Positions 42,126-51,417 are shown, numbered from the stretch's first letter. The stretch: 64,000 nt of DNA from Gemmatimonadales bacterium (GCA_041613315.1 JBFJHJ010000003.1:1-64000), one strand, 5' to 3'. The notes: generated by a model from the sequence alone, not told the origin. Made by a program: numbers and translations.

Positions 42126-43376
42126 ATGGTCGTGTGGGAACCGCCCTCGAACCTCCCCGCGCCCCCCACGATCGAGGGGGCTCAGCACCTCCTCAGATCG
42201 GTGTGGGGGCTGAACCACCTCCGCAACCACCAGCGCCGGGCCATCGCCGCGGTTCTCAGTGGACGCGACACCCTCGCCGTGCTTCCGACGGGGGGAGGGA
42301 AATCCCTCTGCTATCAGCTCCCGGCCCTCCTCCGTCCCGGCCTCACCGTCGTGGTGTCGCCCCTGATCTCACTGATGCAGGACCAGGTGGCGGGACTGCG
42401 GGGGCGCGGCATCTCGGCAGCGTACTTGGGGAGTGGTCAGCGACCCCAAGTGCAAGCGGCAGTATGGAATACGATATCAACTGACCGGTTGACAATACTC
42501 TACGTCGCCCCCGAGCGCCTCCGCCAGCTCGTCGAGCGGCGCGTCACGGTGACCCTGCTCGCCGTCGATGAGGCGCATTGCATCAGTGAGTGGGGGCATG
42601 ATTTCCGGCCGCACTTTCGCGCCATCGGTCGCCGCCGGCGTGCCCTCGGCCACCCGCCCACGATCGCCGTGACGGCAACCGCGACGCCCGAAACGAGAGC
42701 AGATATCGTCCGTGTGCTGGAGCTCACGCGCCCCGTCACCATCGTACGGAGCTTCGACCGCCCAAACCTCTTCCTCGGCGCCCAGCGCTCCGGCGGGGAG
42801 GCACACCGTATTCGGACGCTCGCGACGCTGCTGCGCTCCTGCGGCGGTACTGCGATCGCGTACGTTCCGACCCGAAATCGAGCGGACGGGCTGGCTGCGA
42901 TCCTGCGACAATGGGGCTTCGACGCGGCACCCTATCACGCCGGCCTTCCCACAGGGGCGCGCCGGGCACTCCTCGCGAGATTTCTGAGCGGACGCATCAC
43001 GGTCATGGCGGCGACGAGCGCGTTCGGGATGGGGATCGACAAACCGGATGTGCGCCTCGTGGCTCACCTGGGGGTGCCGCAGAGGCCCGAGGCGTACTAC
43101 CAACAGGCCGGTAGAGCGGGCCGGGACGGCCTTGCCGCCCGATGTGTCCTGCTCTGGCTGCCCCGGGACCTGGAGCTGGGCGCCCGCTTGGCGCTGGGCC
43201 CGCGGGGCCGCGGCCCGAGGAAGACCCTCCAGGCAGCCCGAGCGGGCCTCGAGACGATGCGTCGCTACGCGACGACCGCCCGATGCCGCCGGCGGGTCCT
43301 GCTCGCGTACCTCGGCGAGCGACCGGATCGGTGCGCCGGCTGCGATCGCTGCTGCGGCTGGCCCCCATTGGTGTGA
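42126..43376 (+). CDS. recQ: Short RecQ-family DNA helicase
   Basis: PTGGGKSLCYQLP, SPLISLMQDQV, DEAHCISEWGHDFRP, AFGMGIDKPDVR, QAGRAGRDG, Zn site CRR..C..CDRC. Confidence 0.92.
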   Translation: MVVWEPPSNLPAPPTIEGAQHLLRSVWGLNHLRNHQRRAIAAVLSGRDTLAVLPTGGGKSLCYQLPALLRPGLTVVVSPLISLMQDQVAGLRGRGISAAYLGSGQRPQVQAAVWNTISTDRLTILYVAPERLRQLVERRVTVTLLAVDEAHCISEWGHDFRPHFRAIGRRRRALGHPPTIAVTATATPETRADIVRVLELTRPVTIVRSFDRPNLFLGAQRSGGEAHRIRTLATLLRSCGGTAIAYVPTRNRADGLAAILRQWGFDAAPYHAGLPTGARRALLARFLSGRITVMAATSAFGMGIDKPDVRLVAHLGVPQRPEAYYQQAGRAGRDGLAARCVLLWLPRDLELGARLALGPRGRGPRKTLQAARAGLETMRRYATTARCRRRVLLAYLGERPDRCAGCDRCCGWPPLV

Positions 43377-43510
43377 CACAGGCCCGTCGCCCGGCTCGTC
43401 GCAGCGGCTCTTGGGACTGCTCGACCGCGGCGACAGGATCGCGGCCATCGTCGGGGCAGCCCATTTTGAGTTTGGGCGTGGTGTGGTGCCACCAAGATGT
43501 GTCAGCCACC

Positions 43511-43640
43511 TGTCCCATTTTGCGAACAAATGTGCCGGTTTCGGGTCGGAGGACAGGCCGGCCGTTTTGTCATGGTTGGTGTGATGTGCTGGTTTTACAA
43601 TGACTTACGTGAGATGGAACTTCCTGGCACGGAACTTCCT
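43511..43640 (+). promoter_or_regulatory. Putative sigma54 promoter with IHF-like site and upstream activator-like palindrome
   Basis: TGGCACG-N4-TTCC (43625-43639; consensus TTGC, one mismatch); TTACAATGACTTA (43595-43607); TGT-N12-ACA (43511-43528). Locally AT-rich. Confidence 0.5.
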
Positions 43641-43650
43641 TATACGGTTG

Positions 43651-43770
43651 GCAAACAAGAAAAGTCTGCGGCGTTACTGAGCACCTTGCCGCCCGGCAAG
43701 TTCAAACTCGTCTGGAGGGGACGAGCGGGATCCCGCAAATGCCCGAGCTCAGTAGCGCCGCAGCTTTTTT
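43651..43770 (+). ncRNA. Candidate structured small RNA (unknown family)
   Basis: 17-bp closing helix (43666-43682 with 43747-43763) enclosing hairpins CTTGCC/GGCAAG, CTCGTC/GACGAG (loop TGGAGGG) and a CGGG/CCCG arm; followed by a T6 tract. Confidence 0.6.
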
Positions 43771-43934
43771 GTCGCCATGCTGCAGCTCAGGGTCAATATT
43801 GGGGTCGACCGCGGAATCGGCAAGTCTGACCCGTTGCCACCACCTCCCCATCGATCCTGTCGTTTGCGGAACCGAGAGCCCACGCCTGATACTTAGGCGA
43901 TGACACCTCAGCGTCTCGCTCCTCTGAACGTTCC

Positions 43935-45338
43935 GTGAGCGCCCCTCAGGCGATTCCAGCCTTTCCGCAGCAGCTCGAGTGGGTGAACGTCAGCCGCCCG
44001 CTCACGATCGACGATCTCAAGGGCCGCATTGCCGTCCTCGACTTCTGGACGTACGGCTGAATCAATTGCCAGCACATGCTGCCGCAGTTGCGGCGGCTCG
44101 AGGAGGCGATCGGCGACGATGTCGTGGTGGTGGGTGTGCACGCCGGCAAGTTCATCGCCGAACGGGAGACGTCGCGGATCCGTCACGCCACGCGACGTCT
44201 CGGCGTCCGACACCCCGTGGTCAATGACCGGCAGTTCCGGATCTGGCGGGCCTACGGCGTGCAGGCGTGGCCCACGCTCGTGTTCGTGGCGCCCGACGGA
44301 AGCTACCTCGGATCGCACGCGGGCGAGGTTCCGGCGTCGGCGCTGATTCAGGCGGTGAGCGACGTGCGCGACGGCGTGCGGGACCAGCTCACCCGACCGC
44401 CGCTGCCGCTCGATCCTGAGCCGGCGGCCGGCGACGGGCTCCGCTATCCCGCGAAGATCGCGGCGCACGGTGGCCGGCTCTACGTGGCGGATACCGGCAA
44501 TGGTCGAGTTCTCGAGTGCGAGCCGTCTTCCGCGACGCTCGCGGTCCGCCGCGTGATCGGCGACGGGGTCTTCGAGGCGCCCCATGGGATGGCCATCGTC
44601 GCGGACCGGCTGTACGTGTCCGACCCGCCGGCACACCGTATCTTCGCCGCCGAGTTGGCCGACGGGTCCGCGGCACCCGCGGTGTCGGCCGTGGCGGGCA
44701 CGGGAGAGCAGGCTCGCGGCTGCCCGTCCGGCGCCGTCGCGGCCGCCAAGACCCCCCTCAGCTCGCCGTGGGACGTGGCCTCGCACGATCACACGCTCTA
44801 TATCGCGATGGCAGGAACCCACCAGGTGTGGGCCCTGGACCTCCGCACCGGAACGCTCGGACGGCACGCGGGGAGCGGAGCGGAGAGCATCGATGACGGG
44901 CCGCCGGCCGCGGCGACCTTTGCGCAGCCCTCGGGTCTCGCGGTGCACCAGGGATGGCTCTACGTCGCCGATGCCGAGTCCAGCGCCGTCCGCCGGGCCG
45001 GCCTCGCGGCCGACGGGACCGTCGAGACCCTCGTCGGGACGGGCCTGTTCGATTTCGGGGACCGGGACGGCACCGGAAACGTGGTCCGACTCCAACACGT
45101 GCTCGGTCTGGGCGTGTGGCGGAACGGGCTGGTGCTCGCCGACGCATACAACGACGCGCTCAAACTGCTCGACCCCACGCGCCGCAGCGTCCGGGCGCTG
45201 ACGCGCGGCCTCCATGAGCCCGGTGGCCTCGCCGTGGTGGGGGACGTCGCGTACGTGGCGGATACGAACGCCCATCGTGTGGTGGCGGTGGACCTCCAGG
45301 GAGGCGAGATGCGCGAGCTCACCCTGAACGCGTCATGA
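43935..45338 (+). CDS. Thioredoxin-like + NHL-repeat protein (NHLRC2/SOQ1-like), probable selenoprotein (Sec42)
   Basis: From GTG 43935: ...EWVNVSRPLTIDDLKGRIAVLDFWTYG[TGA 44058-44060]INCQHMLPQL...VGVHAGKF...WPTLV, followed by NHL repeats (LYVADTGNGRV, FAQPSGLA, YVADTNAHRV). Confidence 0.85.
44078..44097 (+). promoter_or_regulatory. Putative bacterial SECIS hairpin
   Basis: GCTGCCGC-AGTT-GCGGCGGC stem-loop starting 17 nt after the in-frame TGA, with a G in the apical loop. Confidence 0.6.
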
Positions 45339-45404
45339 TGGCGCGCTTCCCCGAGGGACCCCGCCCCCCTACCTTCCACACATGACCTCTTCGAGGGGGA
45401 CGCC

Positions 45405-46757
45405 GTGACGCCGCTGCGGAACGTGCTCAAGCGTCGGTGGCCTCTCGGTCTCGCTGCGCTGTGCGTGGCCACCGTACCCACCGGCCTCTACGCCCAGGCG
45501 GTCGTCTACCGGATTCCGGTGACCGGAACGATCGAGCTCGGCCTCGCCCCGTATATCGAGCGCGCGTTGCGGGACGCCGGCGCGTCGGGGGCGCGCGTCG
45601 CGATTCTCGATGTCAACACCCTGGGTGGGCGCGTGGATGCCGCCCTGCACATCGTGGACGCGATCGGGCGCACCGAGATCCCGGTGTACGCTTTCGTGGA
45701 CCCGCGGGCGATTTCCGCAGGGGCTTTGATCTCCATGGCGACCGATTCCGTGTTCATGACGCCGGACGCCCAGATCGGCGCCTCCACGGTCGTCACCGCG
45801 GAAGGCGTCAAGGTCTCGGAGAAGGCGCAGAGCGTGATGCGCGCACAGTTCCGGGCCCTCGCCGAGCGCCGCGGACTCGACCCGCGAATCGGCGAGGCGA
45901 TGGTGGACGAAGACATCGCCATCGAGGGCGTGATCGAAGCTGGGAAGCTGCTTACCCTCACGGCGGATGAGGCGGTGCGCGTGGGTTACGCCGTGCGCGT
46001 GGAGAGCTTCGACGACCTCTTGGAGCAGCTCGGGCTGGGCGGCGCCGAGGTCGTCTCTCCCACCCTCAACTGGGCGGAACAGCTCGTGCGGTTCCTGTCG
46101 CACCCGCTGGTTTCGCCGTTGCTCCTGTCCCTGGGTGTGCTGGGACTGATGATCGAGATCAAGACGCCGTCCTTCGGGTTCGCCGGGGCCGTGGGGCTCA
46201 TTTCGCTGGCGGCGTTTTTCGGGAGCCACCTGATCATTGGGCTCGCGGGGTTGGAAGAGGTGATCTTGCTGGGGGTCGGGCTGGTGGCGCTCGGGATCGA
46301 GGTCTTCGTCGTGCCCGGCTTCGGCGTGGCGGGCGTCGTCGCGATCCTGTGCATCGGCACGGCGACGTTCCTGGCGTTGATCGGCAGCCTCCCCACGTGG
46401 GGGGATATCGCGCGGGCCAGCGGCATCCTGTTCGTGAGCGCGGTGATCGTCACCGGGGTGATCTACTTTTTCGTGCGCCACCTCCCGATCAGCGAGCGGT
46501 GGCGCGGCGTGCTGCTTCGGGCGGCGACGGACCGGACGATGGGCTACGTCGCCGGAGCGACGCGCGACGACCTCGTGGGGACGGAGGGCGTCGCCGTCAC
46601 CGACCTCCGGCCCTCCGGTACCGTTCGGATCGGCGACGAGCGCCTCGACGTGGTTTCGGACGTGGGCTTTATCGCAAAGGGGGCCCGCGTGCGCATCATT
46701 CGGTCTGAGGCGTATCGCCATGTCGTTGAGCCGATTGAGGACGCCGTCCAGGCCTGA
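45405..46757 (+). CDS. NfeD-family membrane-bound serine protease (YqeZ-like)
   Basis: Signal peptide, NTLGG, AISAGALI, KLLTLT, TM bundle, C-terminal OB fold (TDLRPSG). Confidence 0.92.
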   Translation: MTPLRNVLKRRWPLGLAALCVATVPTGLYAQAVVYRIPVTGTIELGLAPYIERALRDAGASGARVAILDVNTLGGRVDAALHIVDAIGRTEIPVYAFVDPRAISAGALISMATDSVFMTPDAQIGASTVVTAEGVKVSEKAQSVMRAQFRALAERRGLDPRIGEAMVDEDIAIEGVIEAGKLLTLTADEAVRVGYAVRVESFDDLLEQLGLGGAEVVSPTLNWAEQLVRFLSHPLVSPLLLSLGVLGLMIEIKTPSFGFAGAVGLISLAAFFGSHLIIGLAGLEEVILLGVGLVALGIEVFVVPGFGVAGVVAILCIGTATFLALIGSLPTWGDIARASGILFVSAVIVTGVIYFFVRHLPISERWRGVLLRAATDRTMGYVAGATRDDLVGTEGVAVTDLRPSGTVRIGDERLDVVSDVGFIAKGARVRIIRSEAYRHVVEPIEDAVQA

Positions 46758-46802
46758 GGGTCGGACGGTTGGACCACGGACTTCTAGCGTGCGGAGAGAC
46801 GG

Positions 46803-47792
46803 ATGACGGAGATCGAGCAGTTGGGCGGTTGGGTCATGATCGTGCTGTTCCTCGTCGCGGTCGTCGGCCTGAGCATGCTCTTCACGTTCATCCCGGTTCG
46901 GCTGTGGATCGAGGCGGTGTTTTCCGGCGTGCGCATCGGCATCGGCTCGCTCATCGGGATGCGACTGCGGAAGGTGGCCCCGGCCCAGATCGTGCGGCCG
47001 CTCATCGCGGCGACCAAGGCCGGCCTCAGACTGGGAACCAACGATCTGGAGGCGCACTACCTGGCGGGCGGCAGCGTCGACCGCGTGGTGCGGGCTTTGA
47101 TCTCAGCCGACAAGGCCGGCATCGAGCTGACGTTCCAAAAGGCCGCGGCGATCGACCTGGCCGGGCGCGACGTGCACGAAGCGGTGCAGGTATCCGTCAA
47201 CCCGAAGGTGATCCAGACGCCCAAGGTCGCGGCGATGGCCAAGGACGGCATCCAGCTCATCGCGCTCGCCCGTGTCACGGTGCGCGCCAATATCAATCGG
47301 CTCGTGGGCGGGGCCGGCGAGGAGACGATTCTGGCCCGCGTCGGCGAGGGCATCGTTTCCACGATCGGCTCGTCTGAATCGCACAAGAAGGTCCTCGAGA
47401 ATCCGGACAACATCTCGAAGACGGTGCTGGCCAAGGGCCTCGATAGCGGGACCGCGTTCGAGATCCTCTCCATCGACATCGCGGACGTGGACGTGGGCAA
47501 GAACATCGGGGCGGAGCTGCAGACCGATCAGGCGGAAGCGGACAAGCGGATCGCCCAGGCCAAGGCCGAAGAGCGACGCGCCATGGCGGTGGCGCAAGAG
47601 CAGGAGATGAAGGCGCGGACGCAGGAAATGCGGGCGCGCGTCGTGGAGGCCGAGGCCCAGGTGTCACTCGCGATGGCCGAGGCGTTCCGGCAAGGCAACC
47701 TCGGCGTCATGGACTACGTCCGGTACCGGAACGTCGAGAGCGATACCGAGATGCGCCGTAGCATCGCCAAGGGCGGCGACTCGCCCATCTAG
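46803..47792 (+). CDS. floA: Flotillin-like protein FloA (YqfA)
   Basis: [62 protein letters not shown]. Confidence 0.95.
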   Translation: MTEIEQLGGWVMIVLFLVAVVGLSMLFTFIPVRLWIEAVFSGVRIGIGSLIGMRLRKVAPAQIVRPLIAATKAGLRLGTNDLEAHYLAGGSVDRVVRALISADKAGIELTFQKAAAIDLAGRDVHEAVQVSVNPKVIQTPKVAAMAKDGIQLIALARVTVRANINRLVGGAGEETILARVGEGIVSTIGSSESHKKVLENPDNISKTVLAKGLDSGTAFEILSIDIADVDVGKNIGAELQTDQAEADKRIAQAKAEERRAMAVAQEQEMKARTQEMRARVVEAEAQVSLAMAEAFRQGNLGVMDYVRYRNVESDTEMRRSIAKGGDSPI

Positions 47793-47803
47793 GAGAATAG
47801 CTT

Positions 47804-48295
47804 GTGGACTTCGGCGACCTCTTCCAATTCGTCATCTTCCTGCTGCTGGCGCTGGCCTGGCTGTTCGCCGGGACGAGAAAGCGCCAGCAACGTCCGACGC
47901 GCCCGTCCCCACAGCGGCGGCCGCGCGCGCCACGGCAACCGATGCCGCCGGAGGAGCTCACCGGGGCACCGCTACCCACGCCACCGCTGGAGCGGCACGA
48001 TTGGCTCGATCTCCTGCGCGAGCAGCTAGAGACGGCCGCCGGCGGTGGCCTCCCGCCGCCGGAGCCTGAGACGGCCCTGGACGCCGTGCCCTTGGCGCCG
48101 GAGGCCCAGTCGCTTGAAACGCTCGAGCCCGCCGGAGAGGCCAGCCATCGCCGGTTCCACGAGCGCTACGTGGAGCAGGCGCCCGCACCCGCCCCGCGGC
48201 CAAGAGCCGACGTCTTCCCTGCGCTCACCCCGCGGACGGCGCGCCAGGCGATCGTGTGGCGCGAAATACTCGGACCACCAAAGGGCCTGGAGTAG
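47804..48295 (+). CDS. Hypothetical membrane-anchored Pro-rich protein (YqfB position)
   Basis: N-terminal TM helix, low-complexity middle, C-terminal ARQAIVWREILGPPKG; third gene of the nfeD-floA unit. Confidence 0.7.
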   Translation: MDFGDLFQFVIFLLLALAWLFAGTRKRQQRPTRPSPQRRPRAPRQPMPPEELTGAPLPTPPLERHDWLDLLREQLETAAGGGLPPPEPETALDAVPLAPEAQSLETLEPAGEASHRRFHERYVEQAPAPAPRPRADVFPALTPRTARQAIVWREILGPPKGLE

Positions 48296-48313
48296 AGGCT
48301 AGATTCCTCCGGC

Positions 48314-49561
48314 ATGAGCGACCTGCCGTACCTCGCCGACGAGCACCACCAAGTCCGCGAGATCGTCCGAGAATTTGCCGAGCGTGAGATCCGGCCGGTC
48401 GCCCGCCAGCATGATCTCGACGGCGCGTTCCCCTGGGCCAACGTGAAGAAGATGGCCGCGCTGGGGTTCATGGGCGCCCCCTGGTCGCCCGAGCTGGGCG
48501 GCGCCGGCATGGACTACCTGTCCTCCATCTTGGTGATCGAAGAGCTGGCCAAGGTGGACGCGAGCCACGCGCTTACCGTCTCTGCCCACACGACGCTCGG
48601 GACCTCGCCGATCGTGAGCTTCGGCACGCGTGAGCAGCAGCAGCGCTACGTCCCGCTGCTGGCGTCAGGCCGTGTGCTGGGCGGCTTCGGGCTGACCGAG
48701 CCCGGCGCCGGATCCGACGCCGGCGGCACGAAGACCGTGGCCGTGGACAAGGGCGATCACTACGTGATCACCGGCTCCAAGATCTTCATCACGCACGCCG
48801 GCGTCGGCGAGATCTTCGTGATCACCGCGCGGACCGACCCCCGCTCGGCAAGACGCAATCATGGGATCACATCGTTCGTCGTCACGAAGGACACGGTGGA
48901 TGTCGCGACGTGCGAGCAACTCGGGATCGGCCACGCGCCCGAGCTTCCCAAGATCGCGGGCGTGCGGGCGGGCAAGCGGGAGGACAAGCTGGGGTGGCGG
49001 GCGTCGGACACCCGCGAGCTCTACCTGGAGGAGGCGGTGGTTCCGAAGGAGAACGTCTTGGGGGAGACCGGGCAGGGGTTCGTCAACTTCCTCAAGACGC
49101 TCGATGCGGGGCGGATCGGTCTCGCAGCGCTCTCGCTGGGCCTCGCCGAAGGAGCGCTGAGCGAGTGCCTCAGGTACACGGCGGACCGCAAGCAGTTCGG
49201 CCGCGCCGTCGCCTCGTTTCAGGGCGTCCATTTCGCGCTCGCCACCATGGCCACCGAGATCGAGGCCGCGCGGCACCTCGTCTACCATGCGGCTTGGCTG
49301 AAGCAGCGGGGGCAGGCGCATAAGACGCACGCGGCCATGGCCAAGCTCTTCGCGTCCGAGGTCGCAATGCGCGCGACCACGAAGGCGGTCCAGCTCCACG
49401 GGGGGTATGGCTACACCACCGAGTATCCGGTGGAGCGCATGATGCGGGACGCCAAGGTCGGCGAGATCGGTGAGGGGACGAGCGAGATTCAGCGCATCGT
49501 CATCGCGCGCGCGCTGCTGGGGGACCTGGTCAACGTGACGGGAAACGGAGAAGCGCAGTAA
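48314..49561 (+). CDS. Acyl-CoA dehydrogenase
   Basis: [48 protein letters not shown]. Confidence 0.95.
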   Translation: MSDLPYLADEHHQVREIVREFAEREIRPVARQHDLDGAFPWANVKKMAALGFMGAPWSPELGGAGMDYLSSILVIEELAKVDASHALTVSAHTTLGTSPIVSFGTREQQQRYVPLLASGRVLGGFGLTEPGAGSDAGGTKTVAVDKGDHYVITGSKIFITHAGVGEIFVITARTDPRSARRNHGITSFVVTKDTVDVATCEQLGIGHAPELPKIAGVRAGKREDKLGWRASDTRELYLEEAVVPKENVLGETGQGFVNFLKTLDAGRIGLAALSLGLAEGALSECLRYTADRKQFGRAVASFQGVHFALATMATEIEAARHLVYHAAWLKQRGQAHKTHAAMAKLFASEVAMRATTKAVQLHGGYGYTTEYPVERMMRDAKVGEIGEGTSEIQRIVIARALLGDLVNVTGNGEAQ

Positions 49562-49579
49562 GCGGCCCGGCGCGGGACA

Positions 49580-49608
49580 TTGACGTAAGCCACTTTCCTG
49601 CATATAGT
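49580..49608 (+). promoter_or_regulatory. Sigma70 promoter for the RNase E/G gene
   Basis: TTGACG-N17-TATAGT, about 275 nt upstream of the TTG start. Confidence 0.75.
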
Positions 49609-49884
49609 TACCAATGATGCATTGGATCCCGCGTGTGCCATACCGGATCCGGGGCTGTTTTCCGCCCCCGGTCGCGCCGGGCGGAACCTGTACCGGGCCC
49701 GGCGGCGCGGGGATTCCTACCGACTATCCGTTTCCGACTGCGGACGGGCCCAATGCGGCCTCCGGATCCGGAGCCGGGAACCTCCTTGGCCTTTCGGCAT
49801 TGCTCCACGTCATGAAACCCGGTGCGCCGCACGGGGCGGGTCACCGCCCGCCGGCCGGCGCCGCCCGGGGCGGAGTTACGAATC

Positions 49885-51417
49885 TTGAAACGGGAAATCC
49901 TCATCAACGGCAACCCGCGCGAGACGCGGGTCGCAATCCTCGAAGATGATCGCCTCGTCGAACTGCTTGTGGATCGCCCCGGCGTCCGGCGCTCGGTGGG
50001 AAACATCTATCTGGGCAAGGTGGAGGCGGTCTTGCCGGGCATGCAGGCCGCTTTCGTCGACATTGGGGCCGAAAAGAGCGCCTTCCTACACGCCTCGGAC
50101 CTGATCGAACCCGAGGACGACGACCTCGAGGCCGACAACGGCAAGGGCGGCCGCGCCAACCGCCGCCTTCCCATCATCCAAGAACACCTCAAGCGGGGCC
50201 AGACGCTCCTCGTGCAGGTGACGAAGGAGTCCATCAGCACGAAAGGCCCCCGCGTCACGGCCCAGATCTCGATCGCGGGCCGCTTCCTGGTCTACATGCC
50301 CTTCGCCTCCAAGATCGGTGTGAGTCGCAAGATCGACGCGCGTGAGGAGCGCGCGCGCTTGCGGGAGATGGTGGGGAAGCTCATGCCCAAGGATGCGGGC
50401 GGGCTCATCATCCGGACGGTCGCGGAGGACCTCACCGAAGCCCATGTCAAGCGGGAGCTCAAGGCGCTGCTGGCGCTGTGGAAGAAGATCAACCGCAAGG
50501 CCCACTTCGTTCGCCTTAAGGCCCCGGCCCTCGTCCAGCGCGAAGCCTCGCTCACGAGTGGCACGATCCGCGACCTCTTCAGCGACAAGGTCGACCGGCT
50601 CATCGTCGACGAGAAGCGGTTCTTCAACGAGATCCGCCGCTACGTCAAGGAGGTCGACCCGGAGCTGCTCGAGCGCGTGCAGTTCTACCGCGAGGCGACG
50701 CCCCTGTTCGACAAGTTCGACATCGAGCCGGAGATCCGAACGCTGTTTGACCGGCGGGTCGAACTTCCGACGGGCGGCTACCTCATCATCGAGCCCACCG
50801 AGGCCCTCGTCTCGATTGACGTCAACACGGGGCGCTACACCGGAAAGAAGGATCCCGAGAAGACGATTCTCCGGACCAACCTCGAAGCGGCGCGGGAGAT
50901 CGCCCGACAGCTCCGGCTCCGGGACGTCGGTGGGATCATCGTGATCGATTTCATCGACATGGAGTCGCAAGGCAACCGCGACCGGGTGTTGCAGGAACTC
51001 AGGACCCACTTGAGCCATGACCGGGCCCGCACCCGCGCCTTCCAGGTCTCGGAGTTGGGCATCGTCGAGATGACCCGGCAGCGAGTCCGCCCCTCGCTGC
51101 TGGATTCAATGGCGACCGCCTGCCCGTCGTGCGGCGGAAGCGCCCGGGTCCTCCGGCCCGAGGTGGTGGCGCGCCGGCTGGAGCGCGCGCTGCGACGGGC
51201 GGCGCATGAGCGGAAAGAGCGGCGGATCACGGTTCGGCTCCATCCTGAAGTGGGGCTCTACCTGATGGAGAAAGAGCCTAAGTTCCTCCAGGACATCGCG
51301 CGCGAGACGGGGCTGCAATTGGAGCTACGAGACGACCCGATCACGCGGGTCGACGAGTTCCGGCTGGTTGCGCAACCGGCGGGCCGGGACGTGACGGAAC
51401 ACTACGCAGTGGCGTGA
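49885..51417 (+). CDS. RNase E/G family endoribonuclease (Rng-length)
   Basis: ETRVAI, GNIYLGKV..VLPGMQAAFVDIG, QVTKE, IDVNTG, TNLEAA, GGIIVIDFIDM, EMTRQR, CPSC. TTG start at 49885. Confidence 0.95.
   Translation: MKREILINGNPRETRVAILEDDRLVELLVDRPGVRRSVGNIYLGKVEAVLPGMQAAFVDIGAEKSAFLHASDLIEPEDDDLEADNGKGGRANRRLPIIQEHLKRGQTLLVQVTKESISTKGPRVTAQISIAGRFLVYMPFASKIGVSRKIDAREERARLREMVGKLMPKDAGGLIIRTVAEDLTEAHVKRELKALLALWKKINRKAHFVRLKAPALVQREASLTSGTIRDLFSDKVDRLIVDEKRFFNEIRRYVKEVDPELLERVQFYREATPLFDKFDIEPEIRTLFDRRVELPTGGYLIIEPTEALVSIDVNTGRYTGKKDPEKTILRTNLEAAREIARQLRLRDVGGIIVIDFIDMESQGNRDRVLQELRTHLSHDRARTRAFQVSELGIVEMTRQRVRPSLLDSMATACPSCGGSARVLRPEVVARRLERALRRAAHERKERRITVRLHPEVGLYLMEKEPKFLQDIARETGLQLELRDDPITRVDEFRLVAQPAGRDVTEHYAVA

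Noticed and set aside
43645..43680. c-di-GMP-I riboswitch (GGCAAAC...GAAA)
   Set aside because: No pairing around GAAA and no downstream GACGCAAAG element.
43666..43770. tRNA-Sec (TTCAAA at 43701-43706, next to a selenoprotein gene)
   Set aside because: TTCAAA lies in a junction rather than a paired anticodon arm. There is no T-arm GTTCRA loop or CCA end, and the closing stem is 17 bp.
43497..43829. 110-aa ORF across the intergenic region
   Set aside because: Codon usage is atypical for this genome, no motif is recognisable, and it overlaps the promoter elements and structured RNA.
43935..44075. Pseudogene or nonsense-mutation reading of the Trx-NHL 5' end
   Set aside because: The single stop is TGA, falls exactly on the redox Cys position, is followed by a SECIS-like hairpin, and shows no other decay. 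Sec recoding is more parsimonious, though unproven.
49614..49949. Small ORFs in the RNase E/G leader
   Set aside because: Gly/Pro/Arg-rich with no motifs; the region is better explained as a structured UTR.
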